From Trichoplax adhaerens (taxonomy: Eukaryota; Animalia; Placozoa), in contig NW_002060943.1 in the NCBI RefSeq assembly GCF_000150275.1, forward strand, positions 1,726,832 through 1,790,831: a stretch of DNA of 64,000 nt, written 5' to 3'. Within the stretch, counting starts at the first letter, position 1; each line of letters starts with the position of its first letter. Below the pieces are notes generated by a model. It searched no databases. It was not told the DNA's origin and was given only the letters and a program-made list of their open reading frames with translations. Positions 40,477-52,100 of this stretch are shown here, piece by piece. A program made the position numbers and the translations under genes.

Positions 40477-42669
40477 ATGAATGGCGAAGAAACTCAAGAA
40501 GTAGCCGAAGACGGCACTCGACTTTTTATTGGCGGCCTAAGCTCTGAAGTGGATAATACCAAACTTCGTGAAGCTTTTCAGCAATATGGACGCTTAAGAG
40601 AAGGTACAAAGTCGACCAATGTATTCAGTGACGCGCTTTATCTTGCTGAAACCAATTTTTTTTTTTTCCCCTTTGCATCATCAAGTGTAGTACTGTAGTG
40701 TTGAACAACGTTGGAAATAATCCAACGTACAACGTGTAAAGCCATTTGCTTCTCTATCAACACTTAGTTTGATGCTGCTATGCTAACACCCAGTATCTCG
40801 TGATTTTAAAAATGAAGACCCTTTTTACTGACAACGGTTGTTCATCTTCTTCCCATTCTGCGATAAAAAAAAAAACTTTTTACTACGGTACAAGCAGCCA
40901 TATCAAAAATCCCTTCCCGTGAGTACGTTTTTTCTGCTCCATTTTTTTGTATCAAGTTGATCCAGGAAGCGTAATTATAAGTTAAACAAGTCATCATGCT
41001 ACTGTGCTCCAAATGGATCTGCAGATTCTCGTCTTCAAAGTTGTTCCGTATACTGTAGGTCAACCCGATACAGTAATCCATGATTAAAATGAAGAACGAA
41101 TCACTAGCGTCCTAATAAATACATGACGTCAGTATTATAGGAAGATGGAAGAAATACTGTAGATTTTTCCTTTTACCTCTATCAGCATTATAAAAATAAA
41201 ATCGTCACAATAGCGTCCATGTTTGGTAGTGCGCGTACATGAGTCTTAAAAATTGAAAAGTACAGCTGTACCTATGCAAAGCCTGTAAAATAGAATTTTA
41301 TAAAATAGCAAAGCAATATGACATAGGCTCGTAGTGAAATTCAATCTGTGTAATGACTAACAGTTTTGCTCATTTTTTGAATTGTATAGCGTTCGTAACT
41401 GTTGATAGGATGTCGGGTAGATCTCGTGGATTTGGATTTGTGTCGTTTTACGACCCGGAAGATGCACAAGATGCCATTGACCAGATGACTGGCAAGGTAA
41501 GCAGTAAACATAATAGACCAGGCAGTTGCTACAGAACATCCTAAGTCCCAATGGACGCTATGTTACTCAACGCGCAACGATTAACCATACTAACAGTAAA
41601 TTAATTGACGGTCATTTCATTTGTTAATTCTTTTTTTTAATCTAGTAATTTAATACCAGCATCGATTAATAGGGATAGTTTTTAGCGAGCACAATCCCTC
41701 CCGTAGTAGTCAGCATTCCATCAACTGTAGAAAACAAAAAATTGAATGCCCGCACAGTATTTTGCTCCACTGCAGTAATTGTTTTATACAGTAAAGAGTA
41801 AAAAGTATTCATGCTAGCGAGTAAAACTGCCTAGAACTGTTCCATCTCTCACTACGCCAAATTGGCTATATTTTAGCGCCATTTTGATTTGGAAACTTTT
41901 TTTTATGTAGGAGCTATGCGGTCGCAGCATTCGGGTTAGTCATGCTGTAAAACAAACTGATCGAGATTCAGGCAACGGCAGAAGAGGTGGCGGCGGCGGT
42001 CGAGGACGAGGTAGAGGTCGTGGTGGTGGCCCCGGAGGTTTCCGTCGTAAGCCATATAGCGATCCTCGTGGAGGACGTGATATGGATCGTGGTGGGCCTA
42101 GAGCAGGCGGTCCGCCACAAGATTATAATAATAACTACTACAATAAATATGGTGGAGATAGTGATCGCCAACCGTATTCGAGAGAAAATCGCGATAGTGG
42201 TAGTAGTTATCGACCAGAAGCAGCCAGTTATCAACCAGATTACCGAAGTGCTCCTAGCAGCGGCTATGGCACTAGTGCACCCTATAATAAGGAAGAACGA
42301 TACGGTGGCAGCCAACCCCAAAGTCGTGGCGGATATGGCCAGAGACGTGGTAGTGGTGGACACCGTGGTGGTTATAGAAGTAATGTCCCTTCCAACTCCT
42401 ATAGCGTAGATGATCGCAGTTCGCAATCTCATGCAGCGGGAATGTATCCTTCACGCGCAAGTGAAGGATATGCCCGCCGTGGCCAACCTTCAACTCCAGC
42501 AACTAGTGGTAGTGGTAGTATGGGTGGTGGTGCTGCTGCAGCCGCTGCTGGTGTTGGCGGCGGCTATCGAGGTAGCTGGAAAGATAGCAACGCCAATCGT
42601 GGCGATCGTTTCGGAAGAGACAACCCAGCGAGGCAATCTTATCCTGCCCGGCCGGAATACCAATATTGA
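40477..42669 (+). CDS. RRM + RGG/Gly-Tyr-Ser-rich RNA-binding protein (RBMX/hnRNP G - CIRBP/RBM3 family), ~330 aa; exons 40477-40603, 41390-41496, 41911-42669
   Basis: RNP2 LFIGGL and RNP1 RGFGFVSF, with the RRM spread over three exons joined by GT-AG introns (phase 1, phase 0). Long RGG/YG low-complexity tail. 127+107+759=993 nt, in frame. Confidence 0.92.
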
Positions 42670-42725
42670 GGTTTGATCATACTGTAATATAGAAGTGACT
42701 GTATCTGCTATTCTAAATCATAGCG

Positions 42726-42749
42726 TATATATATATATATATATATATA
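42726..42749. repeat. (TA)12 microsatellite in the 3' UTR of the RRM gene
   Basis: Direct read of the sequence. Confidence 0.95.
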
Positions 42750-43922
42750 CATCTACATTTTAATTCAATTTGCGGTATTGTAGGCTTTAATTATCATTAT
42801 GTAATCCACTACTGGGTAAGATCACTTTTAGTAATAGAACATATCAAAGTTACATTTGCACTTTCCGTAATAATTTTTGGATTTGGTGTATCTTATATCG
42901 CCGATACCTTGTTAATTGACTATTTGCTAGAATAGTAGTAAGACCACTTTAGTCCTTGGAAGATAGTCTTGCCAGTATATTATTGTGCCTGCATTCACCG
43001 TTTCCCTCGCCACTTGCAATAATGAGGATATTTCTGTAAGGGTTGCATCTTTCTTTGGTGTATTAACATCTCAATGATACAATTTCACTCTCTAACTATT
43101 GGTTTACTACAATCATGAAAGAAGCGCAATGCGACTGTTTACCATTTCTTGCAGTAATTGCCAGCCACTTTTTCACCCCTTATTCAGTTCATCGTATTAT
43201 AGGCTGGAATATTGATATCACTGCAGTAGTTCATAATGAACTAATACGAAAAAATTTTAGGAAAAGGCGAATGCATGAAAGCAAATGTTCTACCATTATG
43301 AAACTTTAACAATTTATATCAATCAATCGCCTATGCTCAGATCTTAAACCCTTGCATGCATTTACCTACAGCTCGTTATTGAAATTGCCGATGATCTTGC
43401 AACAGTGTCTGCAAAAGAATGAGTTCTCTATTTCATTGAGTGCATTATATTATCCTCCACATATGATAAACGCTACACTCTTTAAGCGGAAGCCAATGTT
43501 AACAGATGATTGCTTTATTGAAATGTTGGTAATATAACTACTTTGAGGTGTCAATCTCGTTTATTCACTTAAGTTTCAATATTGTTCATGACCGCCTGCT
43601 TAGATTGCGTATCAATTGTATGTATATGTATTGCCCATGGTATTAGAGTAGTTCTTCATCGTTGATGTTACGCTAACAGCAATCTGCAGTTTAAGATCAG
43701 AACTATTACACATCTTAATGCATGTACAACATTGCATACACGATGATCACTAAAACCTATGACGACTTATCCAAAAGTACCTACTACCGATATGGAAATA
43801 ACTTTTTTAAGATACCATAATAAAAGAGTTTTATATCATCTGCCCCAAACTCTTTTGCCTCAGCAGCCCGTATGAGTAGCAGTAATGTGGCCAAATAACC
43901 GACCGCATTGTACCTTTGCAAA

Positions 43923-44033
43923 TTAACTGAATTTGATCTTAAAGTAGACAGAGTCGATGCGTTAGTTTATAATGAGTTTAACTGAATTTGATTTTAAAGT
44001 AGACAGAATCGATATATTAGTTTATAATGAGTT
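43923..44033. repeat. 55-bp tandem duplication
   Basis: TTAACTGAATTTGAT(C/T)TTAAAGTAGACAGA...TTAGTTTATAATGAGT twice in tandem. Confidence 0.9.
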
Positions 44034-46142
44034 ATAAATATGGATTTACCGAGTTTACCTACTACTTCCTATCAGTCGACAGAAATGTGCACAACTTACG
44101 AGAGTTAACACCCAAACCGATAAAACGCTCTATGAACTACTTGTATACCTGTAAAGATTGCAATACTGTCTACATTGTAACTTTCTGAAAGCAATTTTTT
44201 GTCCTGTTAGCTTTTACCACGACTGACACGTTTTGTACGTGATTAGCAAGAAGAAACTTTGGTCGTACCATAAACTTTCGTTAATCCTGACAATCCTAAC
44301 CTGTCTCGGATGATATTATTTCGAAAGTATCCCATTAACTTAAACTAGCGAGAAATTGTTTCATTATTGTAATTAGTTACCATAATTCTCCAGTAGATAA
44401 TTTTGTATTTGCTTCCTGCTGATGTGTCACAATTTTATGTGGCAACTTTTCATGTACAAGTACCTCTAAATAGGCTTTAGCGTTACATCTCTTTGATGTA
44501 AGTTATGTACACTACTATGAATCTTATGCATATTACAAACTTTTCCGTTCTTGCCTATTGGATGAGCTATATATAATACGTTGATTTTCGAAGAAGAAGA
44601 AGCTTGAGATTGACAGTGTCTGAGCTTGAAGACTAACGACTTTCAAAATGCAGAGTTTTCTGAATTTTCGAAACGTTGAATATTTAACAACTAAATTTTT
44701 AAGCTTATGACGAATAAATTGCAGATTGACTGTCTTTGTCTTGCAACACTGCTATATCAAATCCATATGCCATTCTTGTGAGCTTTATAATAACACCATT
44801 TCAAGTAAACTGACGAGAAAAGGTCAAGAGCGTATCGATATATTGATACTTAGCGTGATTCTTGTGTGATGTTTCTAAAAACTCTTAATTTTCGTAATTG
44901 TAATTTCAATCGACGGCATCAATTTAGTTGATAACTTGAGAATGTATACCGATTTGTTATGGATATAGTAGTAGTAATAATGACAATGTGATCTAATCTC
45001 TATAAATTGCTGCACTATTTGATATGTATGTCGTGCGCCATCATGCTCAAGTTAAACGAATTCTTCGAAGATCTATGCATATTTGTTGTAGCTGTGATAC
45101 TATGCTGATACCTTACGCCTACATTGTACAGATTGTCATCAGTAATTTAACTTAGTCTAAGAGAGCAGATCCGGTTCCGTGTTAGCAATTTCTAGAGTTC
45201 ATCTGATAGTGAAACGGTGCTGCCGACAAAAATAAATGAATGTCTCACTTAATCTCATAGAATGACTGGCATCAATCTGAAATGCAATTGAAACGTATGA
45301 TAGGGACCTGTACATGCGGTGTGAAGCAGATCTTGCTGATATATACATATATCTTATCTCATGAAGACCTCTTAATTAATTATCAATAGATAAATTCACG
45401 TGTAATTACAGCTTTTAAACGGTAGCAGCTTCGCACGGTACAGTCGTAAAATCACTTTTATTTGAGGAGAGGATACTAGTATGCACAATGCAGCCTCGTA
45501 CAAGTTTTGCGTTGAATATATATTATAATAATGCAAGGAAGCCAATCCGACTTTGAAAATCAACTAGTTAGAAGTGATAGTGATGCGAGCACACCCAGTA
45601 AAATTATTTATCAGATGCTAGCATCCGGACGTGAGTTAATCAAACTTTGATCAATGCTATTAATAAGCACTCCAGAACATATCGAATTGATATGATAATT
45701 GAACAGAAAATTAATACCTTGTGTTGTAAAACTTTTTCGAGTGTGCGATTACTAAGGACTTTCAACAAGCTTTAATAGATAGCGATGACGTATTGGTTAA
45801 ATTAAGGACTACTTTGTCTGCTTTCATTATAAACGTCTAGTAGAACTGTGTAATACAGTAAATCACATCGTCGCTGTAGGTATTCAAGTTAAATAAACTG
45901 ATTATATTATAAAATTGAATCTTTGTCGGACTTCTTTGTGTAGCACAAGTTGAATATTTTAGATAATATGCCGGTAGACTATACCGAATAACCTTTACTC
46001 ATGTATAGCATGATTTTAAGGTGTTGAAAGATAACTTTCTTGCAGTGTTTTATGGCCAGATAAATGATAATGAAGCGATACTTTAGAATAAATACTACGA
46101 TCACATCGTAGGTAAGTTAGTAGCTGTTCACACAACTAAACT

Positions 46143-46199
46143 TAGTACCATTTTGAGTCTTAATTGAGTATTTCCAAATAAAGACTCAAAATGGTACTA
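46143..46199. repeat. Perfect 19-bp inverted repeat with a 19-nt spacer
   Basis: TAGTACCATTTTGAGTCTT (46143-46161) / AAGACTCAAAATGGTACTA (46181-46199). Confidence 0.93.
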
Positions 46200-46491
46200 T
46201 CTTGATGGAATATAACCAAGGAAGACCTTGAACGGTTCACAAGTAACCTTATACCGTATATGAGTGCATAAATGCAATAATTCCCATGCAGCCTAATATT
46301 TATATTTCAATATAAGGTGGCAACTTTATTGTTTAAAGAATGCTAAACTTTAAAATAAGCATATGATAACTGGCAGCGTTTATTCTAGTAAAGCACAGTT
46401 ATTCTACGTTAAATCCAATCATATTCGATCGATCATAATTATTATTAGAGTCTTATTCGCTAATCTTAGCGCAAAATAAGTACCCTACAGA

Positions 46492-48287
46492 TCACTGTTT
46501 TTTAAATCGAGATCTTAAGTGTTCTTGTAGCGGATACTGTTCCGTTTCCATCAGCATGATATACTCTAAATCTCCATCCTCCAAGAGTTTATAAATCTTT
46601 TGAACCTATACAAATAGATAAGAATCACACATAAATTTTCAAACCAAGTCGTTATCAAACTTGTAATCCATAAATGCTATAAAATTTTGTAGCTCAAACT
46701 GCATTGAAAGGTTTGCTCATTTTATTATCAGACGAATAAACGTGAATCATAGCTAAAACATCGCGACTCTAAGCTGAACGAATGAACAACGCTATGGGGC
46801 GCACCTTTGTTACTTTAGGAGGCTTCGAATCCGATTTTCTTGTAATATCTGTAGTCGTCACGGTAATTTGATTGTTTGTCATTTCACCTTCCATAATATC
46901 GCAGACACCTGAAAAAGGATGTAAATAGATATACGAGTACATGAAATTATACAGTATGCTACGCTTGCAACAGTATTTTCTAAAATATTAGCTGCAATGT
47001 TCCTACTGTACACGTATTTTTTTTAAGAACTTTGTTTGACGATATTACGTGTACTGCTTGAAGCAATGATGTTCAAAAGTCCTTTCGCAACTACGCTAAT
47101 GCTGTGTTAAGGTATGGACTACTAAAGGGAACATTTGGTTGTCGATTACTAAGGTGATTTACCGCTTTGATGCATTATGGTCTTATACCGTACGAGCTCA
47201 CATAAATTCAGTTATCAAGTGTTATACTTGTATTATTAAAAGTGCATCCGTAAAGTACGCTATGTGCATGGAAAGACCTCTGTAGTAATTATTAATTTCG
47301 ATATCAACTATACGCGTACCGGCGTAAGTACTTCTTCGCTAGCTGTAACTCTACTCATTGATTTCTCGTACGGTAGTCCATGCTTTTACCCAAGTACAGT
47401 AATAAGATAGGTTGTAGTAGCAATGTGTATACATGAACATTTTACACAACTTATACTTAGGTACTCGAATGTACTGTATCGGTAGCCGAAGCAGGCATTA
47501 CATTATCCATTCTGAGCAATATTGTACAATCCTATCACAAGTCATATTAATCTAAGTAGGATTGCAAGTAATAGAAGAAAAGAGCGTATTAAATTACTAG
47601 AGTTAAGTCACAAGATTCTGTAAGGACAGCGAAATGATAGTACAATGCAGGTATTGACTAACCCAGGTTATGAGCAATAGCAGCTTTGACGTGATTGCGA
47701 TCAAAGAACCAAAAGCCACTCTCAAAATGCATCGGTGTGTTATTCGTCAGATGCCAACTGCTTGATTGAAACTGTAGATTGGGCTGGCCAACATGGGAAA
47801 ATTTAATTTCCTCCTTATAGGAAAATGATTTAATGTTAGGATAGATGCCATCTCCTTGGCCACTCCAGGTGCCTAACAGCCAAGAGACATCCTGTAATGA
47901 TTCGTGCAAGTGACATTTATCTACCAAAAGAGCAGACGAGTATTTTCAGTTCCTCCACAAATTAAAAGTTTATACACCATTATGGAATTAAATATTCTAC
48001 AAGTAAGCAGTGCCATTACACATTAAAACAGAATAATATAATGTGTTAAGTCAGGCGCTTCCTTTCTAGTTTGACTTATTATCCAGATAGAGCATTAATG
48101 GGTAAAGTCTTGTACTAGTGGAAGATTCAAGCTCTACATTGCTGTAGAAAGATGGTGCAGCTGAACTGATTGAGCTGCAAGATCGTGCATGCAGTTTACT
48201 ATGGATTACATAGTATTACAAATTCATCCTGTCTCAATGTTGCAGCCATAGCTAACTTATCTATCTTACAATCACCTTACCTGCCAT
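46492..48287 (-). CDS. Stand-alone nitrobindin (THAP4 C-terminal domain / DUF1794 heme-binding beta-barrel), ~160 aa; exons 48287-48281, 47920-47663, 46908-46805, 46605-46492
   Basis: Motifs SWLLGTWSGQGDGIYP, FSYKEEIKFSHVGQP, PMHFESGFW, AHNLG, and C-terminal QEHLRSRFKK with the presumptive heme-ligating His. All introns GT-AG; 483 nt in frame. Confidence 0.9.
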
Positions 48288-49126
48288 GTTAGACTGCGAA
48301 GAAAATAATAAAGCCTGCAAGAATTTTCGACTAAATCTTCCACTAGTGATAGCTGTTGACAGAGCATGAAAGCGCATCTTCCACAAGATACTGACTACAG
48401 TACCGTATAGTGTTTACAAATATCAAAGTCCTGATCGATAATTATGGACTGTCCCATACAACATCATCAATAGCGATCTTTCCAATACTAGATGCTATAC
48501 AGCGGAGTCTTCATCCAAACCATCCACAGATACTGACTGAGTACGCGCATATTGTCCAAATCACGGAAGCATGGACACCGGACCCTGGTGTACAGTACAT
48601 TGTATTGTAAACTGTACACTGTACAGCAGGGTACTTCGATTGAGAAGAAGACCTTCCGTCCGTCCTTTTCTGCCATTCAGCTGGTATAAAGTCTTGACTC
48701 ACTTTCTACTTTTCACGGCAAGCTTTATAGTAAGCCATATAGCAGTAGGTGATATTTGGGTGGCTTTCCCTACGAAAGCATCGTACCCCTGTGTAGTTTC
48801 CTGGCGCTACGGTACCATAGTAAACAAGTAGTTTACTACAGCCTACAATTAGTGGCTAGAATGTTAACGGTAACCATAGTGATATTGCAGTTACATTGAT
48901 GAGCCCATACAAGGTTTTAATATCAAGATGCTGCCCTAGACTACATATCATTATCGAAAACTGTTATAAGTTCAATTCCTCGTATTCTACTGCATTCTGT
49001 AGAGGAAAATACTTTATAAAAGTGACTTTTACCGATTCTCAAGCGCTTATAAAAGTGACTTTTGCCAGTTCTCAAGCGCAATTCTCGACTATTAAAGATT
49101 ACTTTTTAACGAATTTCATCGCGAAA
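48288..49126. promoter_or_regulatory. Bidirectional promoter region shared by nitrobindin and IFT80, with X-box-like sites
   Basis: Head-to-head ATGs ~840 bp apart; GTAACCATAGTGAT (48870-48883) and GGTACCATAGTAAAC (48811-48825). Confidence 0.55.
49014..49079. repeat. 33-bp tandem duplication just upstream of the IFT80 ATG
   Basis: TTATAAAAGTGACTTTT.....TTCTCAAGCGC twice. Confidence 0.88.
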
Positions 49127-52100
49127 ATGAGGTTCAAGATCTCCCATTTAAATGAACAACATCATATCCTTTTCTATCAAAAGCTAACTACGTGATGGAT
49201 AGTAATAGCAATGGGTTTAACAATAATATTGTTATATTATACTCGTTATAGTACTGCAGTTTCTGTATCATAATAAAATTAGCTTAAAAAAAATAGTTTG
49301 TACAAAAAATTTTCTAACATTTCTCATGAAAAGAGTGGCAGGTAGGGCAGTATGTGCAATAAGATGCTACTGCCGCGAACACGAATAATAAAAAATGATT
49401 AAATTAAAATGAAATCACAATTGACTTAACCATTTTTACATCAAGATTTAGTCAGTTGCTTAGGATGGATTACAGCAGATGAGCTATACTCGTGCGGGTA
49501 AGTAAAGATAAAAGTTTAGATAAAATTGAATTTATCGACTGCACAATAGGTAGCAATATTGAAATTTCAAAAAATTCATAATTGTAATCCTTATATGCGA
49601 TATGCAATTTACGCGCACGTACAATGATATAATTATACTGTCAGTACTGAAAGTAGAGTTAGTAATCTTTGTTGTTCATACTATCCACGTAGATAAGTGC
49701 CATAGGTCTAATAACAAATCAGGCTTGATACTTTCAACTGTAAAATATATAAGACTCTACAAAATATTACAAACTCCTCATTCAAGTTCACATTTTCTAA
49801 ATTTTAATCTTAATTACGGCTCGGATATAGTGATGATCACCAAATGCTCAAATGGAGCTTACTATCGGAAGACACAAAACAGGTAATTACAGCTACATTC
49901 TGGCGTATAATTATTATTTAATCGACAAGCAACTTAAATAATGTACATTCGAATGTATTTTATGTAGGTCGCTAAGTTGCCCGCTGAAATCTATGCTACT
50001 GATATGCACTGGTTTCCAAAACTAATCAGCGGCAAGAAGCAATCGCAACCTGAAATTTTAGCCTTAGGATCAACTGATGGTACAGATTGTGACGTCGTTA
50101 CAGAAACATTTATTACTAACTTAATCAATTATAGCCTTAAAGAAAGTAATAGCATACAAAAAATCATCTACTAGGTAAACTTCATCTAATATCCAAAAAT
50201 GGCCGAGTTGAAAAATCCGTCGACGCTCATAAAGGTGCTGTCCTAGCCACAAGATGGAGCTATGATGGCAGTGCTCTAGTAACAGGTAAAAAAAAACTAT
50301 TGATTGATACCTTTCGTAACTACTATTTTTGAAAATCACTTTCTAACCAATCATACTTACTTCAGCGGGTGAAGATGGCCACGTTAAAATTTGGTCAAGA
50401 AGCGGAATGCTACGTTCAACTCTGAACCAAGCAGGTAAAACTCAGCCTAGCACATTATTATTTATCTAGCAATGTTAGTGAAAAATTATATCCATAATGC
50501 CCTTCATCATGACTCCCTAGCTTCTCCAGTCTATTCTACCGTTTGGAGTCCGGACTCGGATCAGGTTCTTCATACTTTTGGGAAAGAGTTGATTATTAAA
50601 CCTTTGCAGCCCACATCGAAACCTATACAGGTGATCATTCGATACCAGATAACGCCGATAAGGCTTGCAACGACTTATCTATGTCTTGTGGTTGATTTTA
50701 CTGGACATTTATCGTAAGTATTCATGCGTTTTTATATTTCGATATAGTGGAAAGCCCACGATGGAGTTATTTTAAAAGCCGACTGGAATCCAATCAACAA
50801 TCTTATCATTTCCGGAGGTGAAGACTGTAAATATAAGGTACATAAAATATAGTGAATACAAGTATTTAGCACTTGTCATGTAAAATTTTATGACATCACC
50901 ATTTGTAATTTTAACTATATTCGTATTATACACCTCTATCTTCTATAAATAATTTAAGGTTTGGGATTCATATGGCCGACTATTATATGCAAGTCAAGCC
51001 CATGAATTCCCAGTTACTTCACTATCATGGTCTCCTGATGGTACGAATAAGCTACAATCGTAATAAATTATGTAAATATAGTAAATTTTTGATCCAATAC
51101 TTCATTATCATTTATCGTCCTTTTCAGGTGAACTGTTTGCAGTCGGATTATTTAACACGTTGCGACTATGTGATAGAAGAGGGGTATGCACTTTTACATT
51201 AGAATACCTATAGCGCTTAGCATTAACTGTTAATATTTTTTCTATAATCTCTTGAACTATTTTACCGGATGCAATATTAATCTTTAATTTCTAATCAGTG
51301 GTCGTACAGTATGGATAAACTTAACACAGGATCGATATTTAGTATCGCTTGGTCGAGCGATGGTACTCAACTTGCTGGCGCATGCGGAAATGGTCAAGTT
51401 ATATTTGCCAATGTAGTAGAACGGTCGGTTTCGTATAAAATTGTCATGAAATAGTCGGTATAATGAAAAGCATCATATAATTAGCTGATATGGACGCATT
51501 ATTAATTCTCTAGACGCCTAGAATGGAAGAATTTTGAAATAACTATCACCGATTCCAAAACTATCAATGTTAATGATGTCAGTAATGATTCAAAAGAAAT
51601 ACTAGGTGCGATATTAAAAATACGTGAAAAAGTGCAGTATTGACTGCAGAGAAATTTTAATTGACTTTTCAATTCTAAAAGTTAGCTATTTATAGCAATA
51701 TTCTCACATTTGTTAGCAGAGATTCAAAATTTACTATTAAGTACAACACATTTTATTATCATAGATTTTCGAGACAGAATTATTAAGACTAGCCTTTCGC
51801 ATGATCATTTACTTGTTACAACCACAACGCAATGCTACATCTATAGGTAAGAATTACGAAATATATTGATATTTTATTAAGTATCTCATAGTCTGTGCAA
51901 TCATATCTATATACAATAGTTTATAATTATATTTAGGTAATTAGTATCTTGATAAAATTCAGATACTAACATAAAATAAACTTACATATTAAATAACAGC
52001 TGTAAGAATTGGAATACGCCCATAATTATCGACTTAAAAGACAGCACAGTTAGCTTGATCCTGCAATCAGAAAAGTAATATTGACGAATAATCATAATCA

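Noticed and set aside
40765-40836. Possible intronic C/D snoRNA (human RBMX hosts SNORD61)
   Set aside because: Only a degenerate C box (TTGATGC) before a CTGA; no U61-like or other recognisable rRNA-complementary guide seen. An Infernal/snoscan search would settle it.
41968-42676. Overlapping alternative-frame and antisense ORFs (41968-42432, 41987-42409, 42272-42502, 42410-42676)
   Set aside because: Shadows of the Gly/Arg-rich, stop-poor last exon of the RRM gene; no independent protein signature.
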